Sequence record: NC_048037.1
Reading direction: 5' to 3' (one strand)
DNA length: 37,311 bases
In this document: positions 8,629 to 17,620 of the stretch, one piece after another
How the letters are laid out: each line of letters opens with the position of its first letter
Position numbering within the stretch: the first letter of the stretch is position 1
Program-made: the position numbers and the translations under genes
Notes under the pieces: model-generated
Told to the model about the DNA's origin: nothing
What the model saw: the letters and a program-made list of their open reading frames with translations, nothing else
Database searches by the model: none

Positions 8629-9237
8629 ATGAGGTTTACGGTTTGCGTCCCGTGCGGATGGCTCGCTAAAAGCGAACCTTTATTCCGTATTTTCTCTTTT
8701 GTGCAAAGCACAGTAAAACATCAAGTGTACTTTCACATGGCTATATCAAACCGTGTGGATTTGAATAGAAGTACGTGCGTTAAGGTAGCACTTGATAGGA
8801 ACGAGGACTTAATAATGATTGACAGTGATGTTATGCCTTTACAACCCTTTGATGATGTTGTTAACGTATTGAAAGAGGATAAAAAGGGAGCTGACGTGGT
8901 ATTGGGTATAATAGCATCTAACATGGGTATACTAATTAGACCGTTTCCGAAAGATTCTTATGTAACCGAGGTGGAATGGGGAAGTCTGGGTTTCATCTAT
9001 TTACCTTTAAAAACGTTGAGGAAACTCAAAGTTATAGACTGGTATAAGTATAGTGAGAGTGTACAATACCCCATGTATTTTACATATACGCCCAATATGA
9101 GTGAAGACGTTGACTTTATCATAAGGATGAAAAAAAGCGGGTTTAAAGTAATTGCGGATAAACGTATTAGGCTTGCACACCAAAAATGGGCTAACCTTAT
9201 CGTTGAGAATAACGGTAACATTAATCTAACAATGTGA
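8629..9237 (+). CDS. GT-A fold glycosyltransferase (202 aa)
   Basis: DxD motif MIDSD, RVDLNRS, SEDVDF, late AH; paralog of 28528-29112. Confidence 0.85.
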   Translation: MRFTVCVPCGWLAKSEPLFRIFSFVQSTVKHQVYFHMAISNRVDLNRSTCVKVALDRNEDLIMIDSDVMPLQPFDDVVNVLKEDKKGADVVLGIIASNMGILIRPFPKDSYVTEVEWGSLGFIYLPLKTLRKLKVIDWYKYSESVQYPMYFTYTPNMSEDVDFIIRMKKSGFKVIADKRIRLAHQKWANLIVENNGNINLTM

Positions 9238-9802
9238 TCAAATACGCGGTATCGGAAACTTTAATTTTTGCTATTTGCGATACACGTTTTATGGTGTTAT
9301 AGTAGGGTACTTTTACGTTTATTTGTTTAACTACAGTGTTTGACGTATCGTATTCCGTTATTTTACTTATCTGTGATGCAATTAGGTATTCGTTGAATTT
9401 GAACTTTTCGATAATCCTGTAAAGTTGTGTCACATATTGCGTAACATAGATGTCCTTAGGTATCCTAGCCGATATCATTAATTTCTTTATTTCTTGTATT
9501 TTTACAATTTTCACTTGATAAGCGTTACCGTACTTTTCGAGGAGTAACATTAGACCGTTTTCGTACACGTAATAGAACGTGTTTTTGTCTTTTTTATAGC
9601 CCATCTTGATGAGTTCACTTTCAAACTGGGATGGACTATCAACGTTTAGTATGTCAACTAGTGCTACCTTGTACAACTTGTATGTTTCCACATATCCGGT
9701 TGATTGAGTGTAGGGTATTGTCTCCTTGGGTGAGTTGAAGTAATATCGTATAGGTCTCTTCATGTATATTTTTAGTTTTCCCACAGCCGTTTTAGGTTTC
9801 AT
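9221..9802 (-). CDS. Hypothetical protein (193 aa)
   Basis: Coupled downstream of the GT-B gene. Confidence 0.8.
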   Translation of the reverse strand: MKPKTAVGKLKIYMKRPIRYYFNSPKETIPYTQSTGYVETYKLYKVALVDILNVDSPSQFESELIKMGYKKDKNTFYYVYENGLMLLLEKYGNAYQVKIVKIQEIKKLMISARIPKDIYVTQYVTQLYRIIEKFKFNEYLIASQISKITEYDTSNTVVKQINVKVPYYNTIKRVSQIAKIKVSDTAYLITLLD

Positions 9803-10670
9803 GTTTCATGATTTCCTCCATTAACCTTCTTGCGATCATGAATTGGTTATATAGTGCTAGGTAATGTTTACGGTTCGGTTTTGGTAATTCGGGTAACGTT
9901 TTGGCTTTAATTACGTTATCGTAACACCCTACTTGATATATATCGTTAAGGTACTCCGTTTTACAGTATTCACCCCTAATTTCAAACGTGGGTTTAAAGT
10001 CAATAATGTAATCAAAGATTTTCCTTTGAGAGTAGTATACTTTCATCCCGAGTGCTAATGCCTCTAGGGCTTGTATTTCAAACGCTCCTCCCCTTGCCGG
10101 TATTATCATGTTCCCGGCTTTGCACATGACCTTAAGGAAAGCGTTGTGGTTTTCAACATATTGTACTGCAGTAATTACCTTCACGTCGTACTGTAACGCT
10201 ATATCCGTTCCTCTTCTATAAGGAAATGACCTCGTTTCTATATAATACCTATCATCGTTAAGTTCGCATTGGACTTCATCAATATTCTCGTGTATCGCGT
10301 GGGGTAATAATAATGGGTTGAATCCCTCTTTCATGAATAACTCGTAATTGTGCGTGGACGGGGTTATTATTAGGTCTATATTATATTTGAGCCTTTTCTT
10401 TACGAACTCTGATAACGAATTCGTATCGATTGGGTTGAAAAGTAATTGTAGTTTTGTATACCTTTTCTTTGCATGTATGAAATTCTCAAATTCAGGCGTG
10501 CGGAATGGCATCCACCATATTAGTACATCGTATTGCGTAAGGTCATCTGTAAACGTATCGTATGTGTCAACTTTCACGCCGTTTTCTTGTAGACCTTCAG
10601 TAATCAACTGATATTGAATATAGGTACTTCCTACTCTTCTGATCGGGCTATATACGATCGCTATTCTCAT
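9792..10670 (-). CDS. GT-B fold (GT4-like) glycosyltransferase (292 aa)
   Basis: MRIAIVYSP start, IITPSTHN, LLPHAI, PARGGAFEIQALEALALG. Confidence 0.85.
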   Translation of the reverse strand: MRIAIVYSPIRRVGSTYIQYQLITEGLQENGVKVDTYDTFTDDLTQYDVLIWWMPFRTPEFENFIHAKKRYTKLQLLFNPIDTNSLSEFVKKRLKYNIDLIITPSTHNYELFMKEGFNPLLLPHAIHENIDEVQCELNDDRYYIETRSFPYRRGTDIALQYDVKVITAVQYVENHNAFLKVMCKAGNMIIPARGGAFEIQALEALALGMKVYYSQRKIFDYIIDFKPTFEIRGEYCKTEYLNDIYQVGCYDNVIKAKTLPELPKPNRKHYLALYNQFMIARRLMEEIMKHET

Positions 10671-11004
10671 TTTGTATCAACATATTATATAGTGTACATC
10701 TATTTAATCTTTTACATAAAAAACTGAGATAAAAAGTATACTCATTTTTTTCTAATAACGTTAGTCCACGATAATTCATGTAAATGTAGAGGAAGCGTTC
10801 TTCTTTGCTCATATTCATATTTACGTTTTTAGTTCTCTTGAAACACACTTTTGCCTTTGCTCTCCACGTGAAAAAATTATCACGCTCAAGTATCTCATAA
10901 CTGACTATGTCTTTTCTTGTTTGAAGTTCATCCCATGTTATTATATCATCGCTTGCGTTTTGGCTCTTTACAAGTACAACGTTTACTTTTTTACAAAGTA
11001 TCAC
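10648..11004 (-). CDS. Hypothetical protein (118 aa)
   Basis: Overlaps the GT-B start; GTG start uncertain. Confidence 0.65.
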   Translation of the reverse strand: MILCKKVNVVLVKSQNASDDIITWDELQTRKDIVSYEILERDNFFTWRAKAKVCFKRTKNVNMNMSKEERFLYIYMNYRGLTLLEKNEYTFYLSFLCKRLNRCTLYNMLIQNENSDRI

Positions 11005-11032
11005 GTATGATAATGTGATAAGATGATAAAAA

Positions 11033-11239
11033 ATGTTTAGTTTGTTTTCAAGGGTACCTTGCTTGTTAACTTACCTTTACCTTATGCTAAACAACGAGGA
11101 GTACGTTGATGAGCGTGTGTTGGTTAGTATAGCCAAGGAATGTAACGTAGATGTGAATTTAAGTATAAAATTGTTGATAAATATGGGGGTGTTAAAGCCA
11201 TACAGACCCGGAATATACAAAGTACAAAGATTTTCGTAA
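11033..11239 (+). CDS. Probable winged helix-turn-helix protein (68 aa)
   Basis: Three helices followed by LINMGVLKPYRPGIYKV, a typical wing; stop/start overlap with the next gene. Confidence 0.6.
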   Translation: MFSLFSRVPCLLTYLYLMLNNEEYVDERVLVSIAKECNVDVNLSIKLLINMGVLKPYRPGIYKVQRFS

Positions 11240-12096
11240 TGAAAGGCTACGGGTGGGAGAACCAAGTAAAATATGAATACGTTAATGAATACCCGTCTCC
11301 TTCACAAGTACCTAAGTTAATAGTGATAGGTGACCATATTTTTTTGCCTCAAATAGCCACACGATATGAAAAAGTTGTAATGTGGACTGATACACCTCTC
11401 GTTGATTGTAATTTCATAAAAAGTGATAATATAGTGTTCGTACCGGCTTCAAATTTCGTTAAGGCAATACTGGAAAACTGTGAAGTTAAAAACATTACGG
11501 AGGTCGTGCATAAACCCATGACTGTGAGAAATTTAGACGTTAAGAAGGAATACGACCTTGTGACCGTTTTGACTCAGCCATTTCGAAAAGGACATGATAT
11601 ACTGGGAAGGGTTCTTAGAAAGTTAGACAACATGACAGATAAGACTGTAACGTTACGTTTACGTGTACATCAGGATATCAGGCTTTTCTTCACTAACTTT
11701 AAGAAGATAAAAATTACAGACATTCCGGAAACTTCAAATTACGTTGATTTTCTTAAGGAGGTAGGGAAAAGTAGGGTAATGTTGTTCCCGTCGCAAGTTG
11801 AAGGGATAGGTTATCCTGCCATTGAGAGTGTCGTGTTAAATCAACAACTTATAATGGGTGATATTGACGCTACAAGGGAGTTCGTGAACGTTAAGTCCGC
11901 TAGGCTCACGGATGTTAAACTTGTTTTATCACCCAATACGAATCACTGGTTCTTGTTCCAATACTATGATGAGGATGAGTATTTAGAATTGTTAATGAAA
12001 GCACTTAATGATGAGAAAGTGTGTAAGCCTACAATAAAGACTGAGGATATATTTTATGTAGAAGAATTATATAAAAAAGTATTTGAATTTATTTAA
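11239..12096 (+). CDS. GT-B fold (GT4-like) glycosyltransferase (285 aa)
   Basis: FVPASNF, FPSQVEGIGYPAIE (E-x7-E motif). Confidence 0.88.
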   Translation: MKGYGWENQVKYEYVNEYPSPSQVPKLIVIGDHIFLPQIATRYEKVVMWTDTPLVDCNFIKSDNIVFVPASNFVKAILENCEVKNITEVVHKPMTVRNLDVKKEYDLVTVLTQPFRKGHDILGRVLRKLDNMTDKTVTLRLRVHQDIRLFFTNFKKIKITDIPETSNYVDFLKEVGKSRVMLFPSQVEGIGYPAIESVVLNQQLIMGDIDATREFVNVKSARLTDVKLVLSPNTNHWFLFQYYDEDEYLELLMKALNDEKVCKPTIKTEDIFYVEELYKKVFEFI

Positions 12097-12113
12097 TACG
12101 CCTATACGGCTTG

Positions 12114-12383
12114 TTATAGTCCTCCTAATAGTCTTCTGAATACTCCACCTAAGCCTCTGAATACGCCTATTCTTCCGAACGCTCCCAGCACTAAGGCTAT
12201 TACTACTCCTATTACAGCCACAACTCCGAACAGTTGACCTAATGGGTTAGCGAAGCTACTTAAAACGTTTGCAAGGCTTTGTACGGCATATGCTATAAAG
12301 CTTATGAAGCTTGTTAACAATGATGTTAGGGCATTTGTTAAGGTCGTTATAGCTGAACTTATGCTACTCACGATCTCTAACAC
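12114..12383 (-). CDS. Small hydrophobic/amphipathic protein (89 aa), probable virion envelope protein
   Basis: S/T/L-rich amphipathic helix, hydrophobic stretch LFGVVAVIGVVIALVLGAF, basic tail. Confidence 0.75.
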   Translation of the reverse strand: MLEIVSSISSAITTLTNALTSLLTSFISFIAYAVQSLANVLSSFANPLGQLFGVVAVIGVVIALVLGAFGRIGVFRGLGGVFRRLLGGL

Positions 12384-12483
12384 CTCTTATGTATACATCT
12401 TGTGTATTTTCGTATAAAAGTAGTAAATGGTGGGTTTCGGTAAACCGGTGGGTATTTATATTTGTGCGGGATAGATTTACATT

Positions 12484-13029
12484 GTGGAGAACGAATGGCT
12501 AGCCCAACTAAAACAGGCGATGAGCAAGGAGATCAAAGCGATAAAGAAAAGAGGAGTGGACGTACAAGTAATACAAAACCCGGGGGAGTTGAAAGTAGTG
12601 ATAGACCTCAAGACGTTGATAAAGAAAATGAGGGAGGAAGCGAAACAAGAGCTAATGAAACAATTCAAACTAACCCCGTTCCAAGTGACGTTCAGGACAG
12701 TGAACAACGTGGAACTAGCGATGAGCCAAATAACGGGAGTGATGACGGAGGAGGACAAGATGAAACTGATAGCGTTGGAAAAACAATATCAAGATATGTT
12801 CCAATGGAATTACAACGACAAAAAACACCAGCTAAAAGTAGCAATAGTATTGAACAAGTTTTACGAGAAAGAATTGAACGAGATAATCCAGAGAATCAAC
12901 CAGAACTTAGCGGAAGCCCTAGCACTGATGAGAGTGCAAGGGGTGGACATGCTGGACTACGAGATCAAAGTGGACAAGAACCTGGTGGTAAGAGTCTTTA
13001 CAACATCCCAAGTTTCCAACAATTCCTGA
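12484..13029 (+). CDS. Hypothetical protein (181 aa), overlaps the 297-aa ORF over nearly its whole length
   Basis: GTG about 25 nt after TTTATATT (leaderless position); globular composition. Confidence 0.8.
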   Translation: MENEWLAQLKQAMSKEIKAIKKRGVDVQVIQNPGELKVVIDLKTLIKKMREEAKQELMKQFKLTPFQVTFRTVNNVELAMSQITGVMTEEDKMKLIALEKQYQDMFQWNYNDKKHQLKVAIVLNKFYEKELNEIIQRINQNLAEALALMRVQGVDMLDYEIKVDKNLVVRVFTTSQVSNNS

Positions 13030-13388
13030 ATAGAAAAGTTACAGGGTACACTCCCGGTAACCTAAATAAGAACGAGATTATCGCGTTATTCCGAAGCCTA
13101 CCTCTTGAGGTAAGATTAGAGGAGAGCGTGAGGACACTTAACGAGTTTCGAGGTATCGAGAAACGGTGGAAGAGTGTGATAGATGGTTTAGCACTTACGA
13201 GTGACAAGTATAAGGAGGCTGTAAGTAGGAAGCCCATTAGTACTAGATTGGTTGAACGTATTGTTGACGCGTTTGAGGGATATCTATCAAAGGCTATGGC
13301 GGGTGGGATAAGCGTCCAGGAAAGGGATAGGCTGAAACAAACGATATCAGAAGTCCTAATGGAGGAGGAAAATGAAGGACAGTCGTGA
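12495..13388 (+). CDS. Overprinted protein (~297 aa): disordered acidic N-terminal half plus helical C-terminal domain
   Basis: ATG at 12495; frame stays open through the whole 181-aa gene; unique helical part at 13030-13388 has no start codon near its beginning. Confidence 0.7.
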   Translation: MASPTKTGDEQGDQSDKEKRSGRTSNTKPGGVESSDRPQDVDKENEGGSETRANETIQTNPVPSDVQDSEQRGTSDEPNNGSDDGGGQDETDSVGKTISRYVPMELQRQKTPAKSSNSIEQVLRERIERDNPENQPELSGSPSTDESARGGHAGLRDQSGQEPGGKSLYNIPSFQQFLNRKVTGYTPGNLNKNEIIALFRSLPLEVRLEESVRTLNEFRGIEKRWKSVIDGLALTSDKYKEAVSRKPISTRLVERIVDAFEGYLSKAMAGGISVQERDRLKQTISEVLMEEENEGQS

Positions 13389-13638
13389 AAGTATAATATT
13401 TAAGGTATCAATACAAGATAGGCTCGAACTTGATGAACTCGTGAGGAGGCTTGGTTTTCCATCACGTCACGCTTTTTTTCTGGATATTGTAAGAGGTACG
13501 TTGACTGCAGTAGATAATCAAGATAGGGGTAGCTTATTCGTATATATCCCGGTACCCAGAACATTAATGCAAAAGTATTTTGAAAAAAATGAATCGCTTC
13601 AAGAAATAGTCGTAAAACTCATTTTATCACTTACTTGA
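13372..13638 (+). CDS. Ribbon-helix-helix protein, probably tandem RHH (88 aa)
   Basis: SIIFKVSIQDRLELDELVRRLGFPSRHAFFLDIV, then VYIPVPRTLMQKYF..SLQEIVVKLI. Confidence 0.7.
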   Translation: MKDSRESIIFKVSIQDRLELDELVRRLGFPSRHAFFLDIVRGTLTAVDNQDRGSLFVYIPVPRTLMQKYFEKNESLQEIVVKLILSLT

Positions 13639-14043
13639 TTGCATGTTGAATATTATATAGTTCGTTGTAGTACTCTTCAAACTGTCTATATAGTCCATAA
13701 ACTCATCTAACATTGCTTCATCCAGTCCTCTTAACCAGTATTTATGCCTTAAGGCAATCTTTAACCTCTTTATCACTTCACCGCTTTGTTTCGTATTTAA
13801 CACTTTAACGTATTCATTTGCTAACTGTCTGTAGAGTATCCTTAGGTTCCCCCCGACACCGTGAGCGTTAAGCCAAGGTATTAACGCTTGGTTTACTACA
13901 CTGTAGAAGTTCATTATGTTCTGTGCTTGTACTACCATGTCTTTCGTGGCGTTCTTATATGCGGTTTGTTCTGTCTTAGCTTTTACACTATACTTGGTAA
14001 TCGCGTCTTCGGTTGTTATACCGGTTCTTCTGGAGGGCATCAC
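13627..14043 (-). CDS. Major capsid protein 2 (SIRV fold)
   Basis: LNAHGVGGNLRILYRQLA matches the rudivirus/lipothrixvirus MCP pattern (L..yGI.G..RaIY); basic N-terminus; coupled to MCP1. Confidence 0.9.
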   Translation of the reverse strand: MMPSRRTGITTEDAITKYSVKAKTEQTAYKNATKDMVVQAQNIMNFYSVVNQALIPWLNAHGVGGNLRILYRQLANEYVKVLNTKQSGEVIKRLKIALRHKYWLRGLDEAMLDEFMDYIDSLKSTTTNYIIFNMQSSK

Positions 14044-14639
14044 GCACCACCCTTAACACCGATTATTTCCTCAGGTGATTTAGCTTGTAGAACTTCCTGG
14101 ATTGGAGCCGAGAAGCCTGTTGGCGAACTTATAGGTACTGGAGGTAATGGTGATCTAGGCGTTACAAGACACGCTCCTTCACGTTCTTCAGCCTCAAAAG
14201 GCTCTACTCCAACCCAAACTGCGAATATACTATTTATTAATGACACAGCTTCCTCACAGCTAACTCTTGTACCGTATAAGTTTTCGGTTAACGTCATAGT
14301 AGCCGTCCCTGCTACGTTGATCGCAATCTCATTTGCTCCTAACTTCTCGTTACTATACTTTAACCATGATGTGAAAATCTTCATTAAAGCTAACTTAATC
14401 TCATTTACATATGGTAAGTCTTGCGGAGAGGCTCCGCTCTTGATTGCCTCATCTATTACGTTTGCGAGATATTGTTTGAACTCGTTCTCAACCATGTGTA
14501 GTGACTTGAAACCGTTCTCAAAATTCGCTATCCTATACTTCGCTGATTCATCGTAGGCGTCACCCATAGTTTGTAATTTTCGTACATAGTTTAGGTACAT
14601 TCGCAGTGGGTCATTTTTTGATGTTCTTTTTCTAGCCAT
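14040..14639 (-). CDS. Major capsid protein 1 (199 aa, start MARKRTSK)
   Basis: Basic N-terminal arm, helical body, Pro-rich tail; paired-MCP arrangement typical of lipothrixviruses; matches my recollection of an SFV1 capsid protein. Confidence 0.85.
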   Translation of the reverse strand: MARKRTSKNDPLRMYLNYVRKLQTMGDAYDESAKYRIANFENGFKSLHMVENEFKQYLANVIDEAIKSGASPQDLPYVNEIKLALMKIFTSWLKYSNEKLGANEIAINVAGTATMTLTENLYGTRVSCEEAVSLINSIFAVWVGVEPFEAEEREGACLVTPRSPLPPVPISSPTGFSAPIQEVLQAKSPEEIIGVKGGA

Positions 14640-14678
14640 TAAGATAAATTTATATCTCAATCTACTAAACGTATATAT

Positions 14679-15236
14679 ATGAACGAGATATTACCGAAAC
14701 CTAAATTCAATAATCTAAACTTAACTCTAATTAAAACATTTTACTTGAATAGTAAAAAATTTTTTGCTGATCCATTTTTATACTCAATTGCCTTAGGTGT
14801 GTGGGCATATAATATAATGCAAGAAGCAAAAATCGTTGAATTAGCTGATAACTACTCATTATTTTATATAAAAAATGAAACCCCTTTATTAACTTTATTT
14901 TTTAACACAGCAGTACACTACTTTAACGTAGAAGCCGAACGTGACGCGTACAAAGACATATCAGCTGAACACATAAACGAGTTTTTGGCTGACCTCAAGA
15001 AGGCTACCGATAACGCGTATACGATAATAAATAACTTATACTACAAGATAGACCAAAGGATAGTGAACATGATGTATACCCAGTACACTATTTGGGTATT
15101 AGGTGTACTATATGGTTTCTATAGTGATGATTTTGATAAAGTCAGTGACGTAATTTTAAAAAGTGAGCTACCGACAATAAAATTAATTAGGGGGGAAATA
15201 AAACGCGAGCGTTTACCGTTAAGCTCAACGAAATAG
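14679..15236 (+). CDS. Hypothetical helical protein (185 aa)
   Basis: ATG with TTTATATC at -23..-30. Confidence 0.8.
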   Translation: MNEILPKPKFNNLNLTLIKTFYLNSKKFFADPFLYSIALGVWAYNIMQEAKIVELADNYSLFYIKNETPLLTLFFNTAVHYFNVEAERDAYKDISAEHINEFLADLKKATDNAYTIINNLYYKIDQRIVNMMYTQYTIWVLGVLYGFYSDDFDKVSDVILKSELPTIKLIRGEIKRERLPLSSTK

Positions 15237-15547
15237 ATGTAATGAAAATCCTAGCTAACATGAGGAGAAAAGACCAAACGTTGAGCGAAATAGTACGTAA
15301 TGCTTTAATCGAGGGGTTAAACGAAAACATAAAAGGGGACGGACAAGTTGTAGCGGATCTTAGGGTCGTTTCACTCAAGATTGATGAAGATTACTTGACT
15401 TTAATTAAGGAATACGCTAACGCATTTTATGAAGGTAATGTAAGCGAATTAGCTAGGGCATGTGTGAGACGTTATATAAAAAAGTACATGGACACAGACT
15501 TTACGGGCGTAGCTAAAGTAGAGAGAATTAAGTGGATGTTAAGCTAA
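15203..15547 (+). CDS. Tandem ribbon-helix-helix regulator; first ATG at 15242, RHH1 beta-strand lies upstream (possible ACG start at 15203)
   Basis: RHH2: RVVSLKIDEDYLTLIKEYA..GNVSELARACVR. In-frame upstream TRAFTVKLNEIDV completes RHH1 (..TLSEIVRNAL). Confidence 0.75.
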   Translation, partial: TRAFTVKLNEIDVMKILANMRRKDQTLSEIVRNALIEGLNENIKGDGQVVADLRVVSLKIDEDYLTLIKEYANAFYEGNVSELARACVRRYIKKYMDTDFTGVAKVERIKWMLS

Positions 15548-15721
15548 ATCTTTCATCAGATGTATAAAAAACTTAATCACAGTTTTCTTTTTTTCCTTAT
15601 CAAGACTATTTATAACATCTGTTATTAGTTTATATGCCTTGTCCTTATCTTCGTTCATGTATATGTTTGCAATATAATACAAACAATCTGCAATCTGTTG
15701 TGCGTTATATTCAGTTTGCAT
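15539..15721 (-). CDS. Hypothetical helical protein (60 aa)
   Basis: Start/stop overlap with the upstream gene. Confidence 0.6.
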   Translation of the reverse strand: MQTEYNAQQIADCLYYIANIYMNEDKDKAYKLITDVINSLDKEKKKTVIKFFIHLMKDLA

Positions 15722-16338
15722 TATGACACCGGTAATAGTAATTTCTGAAGCGTTGAATACTGGAAGAACAACCTAGGGAACGGGTTAGGTAAGTTAACGT
15801 TTGATGTGAATTCGTAAACTGTAAGCGGGTACGGATCCGGCATACTTAGTACAACGTTACCTGTTTGCAGAATGTAAGCCATAGGTAGGACGGGATCATA
15901 TGCCACAAGATACGACTTAAGACTTGAGGGTGTAACGTTTATCAGCGAGTAGTCTGCCGGTGGGTTCTGTTGACTAAAACCACCTTCCGGTACATGGAGG
16001 ACTGTCTTTGGAGGTACTTTAAACACGAACACGATATTCTTGAAGTTATTACTTGATAACACAGCCATCCTATAAGGGTTACTGTCCGATGTACTTTGTG
16101 ACTTATCAGTCCATAAGTCCACATACCCGTTACCAATGTAAACCTCAGCGAACGCACTACCGAATACGTAACCGTTTCTCAGTATTGACACGTAGATTTC
16201 GCTTTGTGTGGGGTTATCAATTATCCATTCTATATCGTTCTGGTCTAACCATTGAAATGAAAGTGAGGGGTTTCCCGTACCTTGAGATTGTTCTACCTTA
16301 ACTTTTTCTAATCTACTGATTCTTGACCCTATTATCAT
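15721..16338 (-). CDS. Hypothetical beta-rich protein (205 aa), possibly structural
   Basis: Long ORF rich in S/P/Y/V. Confidence 0.75.
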   Translation of the reverse strand: MIIGSRISRLEKVKVEQSQGTGNPSLSFQWLDQNDIEWIIDNPTQSEIYVSILRNGYVFGSAFAEVYIGNGYVDLWTDKSQSTSDSNPYRMAVLSSNNFKNIVFVFKVPPKTVLHVPEGGFSQQNPPADYSLINVTPSSLKSYLVAYDPVLPMAYILQTGNVVLSMPDPYPLTVYEFTSNVNLPNPFPRLFFQYSTLQKLLLPVS

Positions 16339-16361
16339 ATGATACTATGCGTTACTACAAG

Positions 16362-16640
16362 TTATAAGTTTTCCGGGAGTTCACCGTATATCTTGCTTGC
16401 CTCACCGTTTAATAGATCCGCAATTTCCTCCCTACCTATTGTTATCTTCTCTTCAGATGTTATTATAATTACACTACCGTTCATCAATCCTACGATCATG
16501 TCCGCATTGTACACTGTGCTACTTGCCACGTCAAGCTCTCCACCGACGGTAATGCACTGGTAACAATAGTATACGTGGTCTGTAACCTCACCGGGAGGGG
16601 TGAACGTAACGAAAATACCCTTATAATACCTCGCACTCAT
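16362..16640 (-). CDS. Small CxxC beta-rich protein (92 aa)
   Basis: Coupled start; resembles 17621-17857. Confidence 0.65.
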   Translation of the reverse strand: MSARYYKGIFVTFTPPGEVTDHVYYCYQCITVGGELDVASSTVYNADMIVGLMNGSVIIITSEEKITIGREEIADLLNGEASKIYGELPENL

Positions 16641-16957
16641 CCATTATCACCCGCAAAGCTCTGGAAGAAATAATCAATAACACTATTACCTTGTGACCTA
16701 CTCGTATACTTCTCTATCCTATTTAATAATTGTTCCCTTGTCACTACACGTGTTTTCTGTGCCTTCCCTCTCTCAAATATGGTCATGTAATAATTACCGT
16801 CCATGCATGAGAACATTATATGTAATCCACTTCCTACAGATGAACCTTGCGGTGCCGGTATTTCTATTTTATACTCAAAGTGGAACCTCCTTTCAAGTCT
16901 TGAACATATATCTTCCAAATCTTGGAATATTGCCTCTAAATCAGCTACGTCCACCAT
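16637..16957 (-). CDS. Hypothetical protein (106 aa, start MVDVADLE)
   Basis: ATG at 16957 with TTTATATT at -24..-31; the longer track ORF is an antisense extension over the neighbouring gene. Confidence 0.7.
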   Translation of the reverse strand: MVDVADLEAIFQDLEDICSRLERRFHFEYKIEIPAPQGSSVGSGLHIMFSCMDGNYYMTIFERGKAQKTRVVTREQLLNRIEKYTSRSQGNSVIDYFFQSFAGDNG

Positions 16958-16991
16958 TATTATTAAATATTTAAAACCAGAATATAAACAT
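16958..16991. promoter_or_regulatory. Overlapping divergent promoters
   Basis: TTATTAAA at 16960-16967 (+) and TTTATATT at 16988-16981 (-). Confidence 0.65.
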
Positions 16992-17396
16992 ATGTATTTC
17001 AACGGAGACATAGTTGAAGGGATATTACGAGTAGGTACGGCTACGCGTGTAAACGGTGAGTTATTAACGAGACCCCTGTTACTTTTTGGAAAATTTGTGT
17101 TGTATGGTAGTTTTATAACTAGGGAGGTGGAAAGGGAGACACTGGAAGGCAAAACTACTACTGTAAACGAGATAATTCCCATTAACGGTATAATATTTTC
17201 CAAATTTATACAATATATTTTTGTTTTAAGTTATATAACAGATCCCGATACGGGTTTAACATACGCGTACATGGTACTGTTGACACAGCGTACGTTAAAC
17301 AAGCTCATTAATTACTATAAGTTCTGGGATATCGTAATACCGAATATAGATCAGGAATTATATGAATATACAATTGAAATAGGTGAGTTAAGATGA
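16992..17396 (+). CDS. Hypothetical protein (134 aa, start MYFNGD)
   Basis: ATG at 16992 at leaderless distance from a TATA box. Confidence 0.7.
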   Translation: MYFNGDIVEGILRVGTATRVNGELLTRPLLLFGKFVLYGSFITREVERETLEGKTTTVNEIIPINGIIFSKFIQYIFVLSYITDPDTGLTYAYMVLLTQRTLNKLINYYKFWDIVIPNIDQELYEYTIEIGELR

Positions 17397-17596
17397 GTGC
17401 GAAAGATACTTCAGTATCTCTTGATATAGTGATAGTAATAGGGCTTGTAGCAATAGCAATAAGTATAATATTCACGTTCACTGTAAATCCTCAGTTAAGT
17501 AGTAATACAAATTTGATACAAATAGTATACGTTATCGTGACCGGTATAATAAGCATATTGAGTTATATAACGGGGAAAAATACAAGAAAACAATAA
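17393..17596 (+). CDS. Small two-TM membrane protein (67 aa)
   Basis: Two hydrophobic stretches and a basic C-terminus; GGTGA SD. Confidence 0.75.
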   Translation: MSAKDTSVSLDIVIVIGLVAIAISIIFTFTVNPQLSSNTNLIQIVYVIVTGIISILSYITGKNTRKQ

Positions 17597-17620
17597 AATA
17601 TTCGGTACAAAAATGTAAAT

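Noticed and set aside
12462-12494. TTG start of the 308-aa ORF
   Set aside because: It lies immediately after the TATA box, upstream of the likely TSS; ATG 12495 is preferred.
13888-14556. 222-aa ORF antisense to the capsid genes
   Set aside because: Mostly codon-aligned antisense shadow, S/F/L-rich, with no expression signals.
15189-15205. GGGAAAT slippery-like heptamer as a frameshift from the 185-aa gene into the RHH gene
   Set aside because: The heptamer is in phase with the RHH frame, not the upstream ORF, so it cannot drive a canonical -1 shift.
16637-17396. Apparent antisense overlap of the 188-aa and 197-aa ORFs
   Set aside because: Internal ATGs at 16957 (-) and 16992 (+) with correctly placed TATA boxes remove the overlap.
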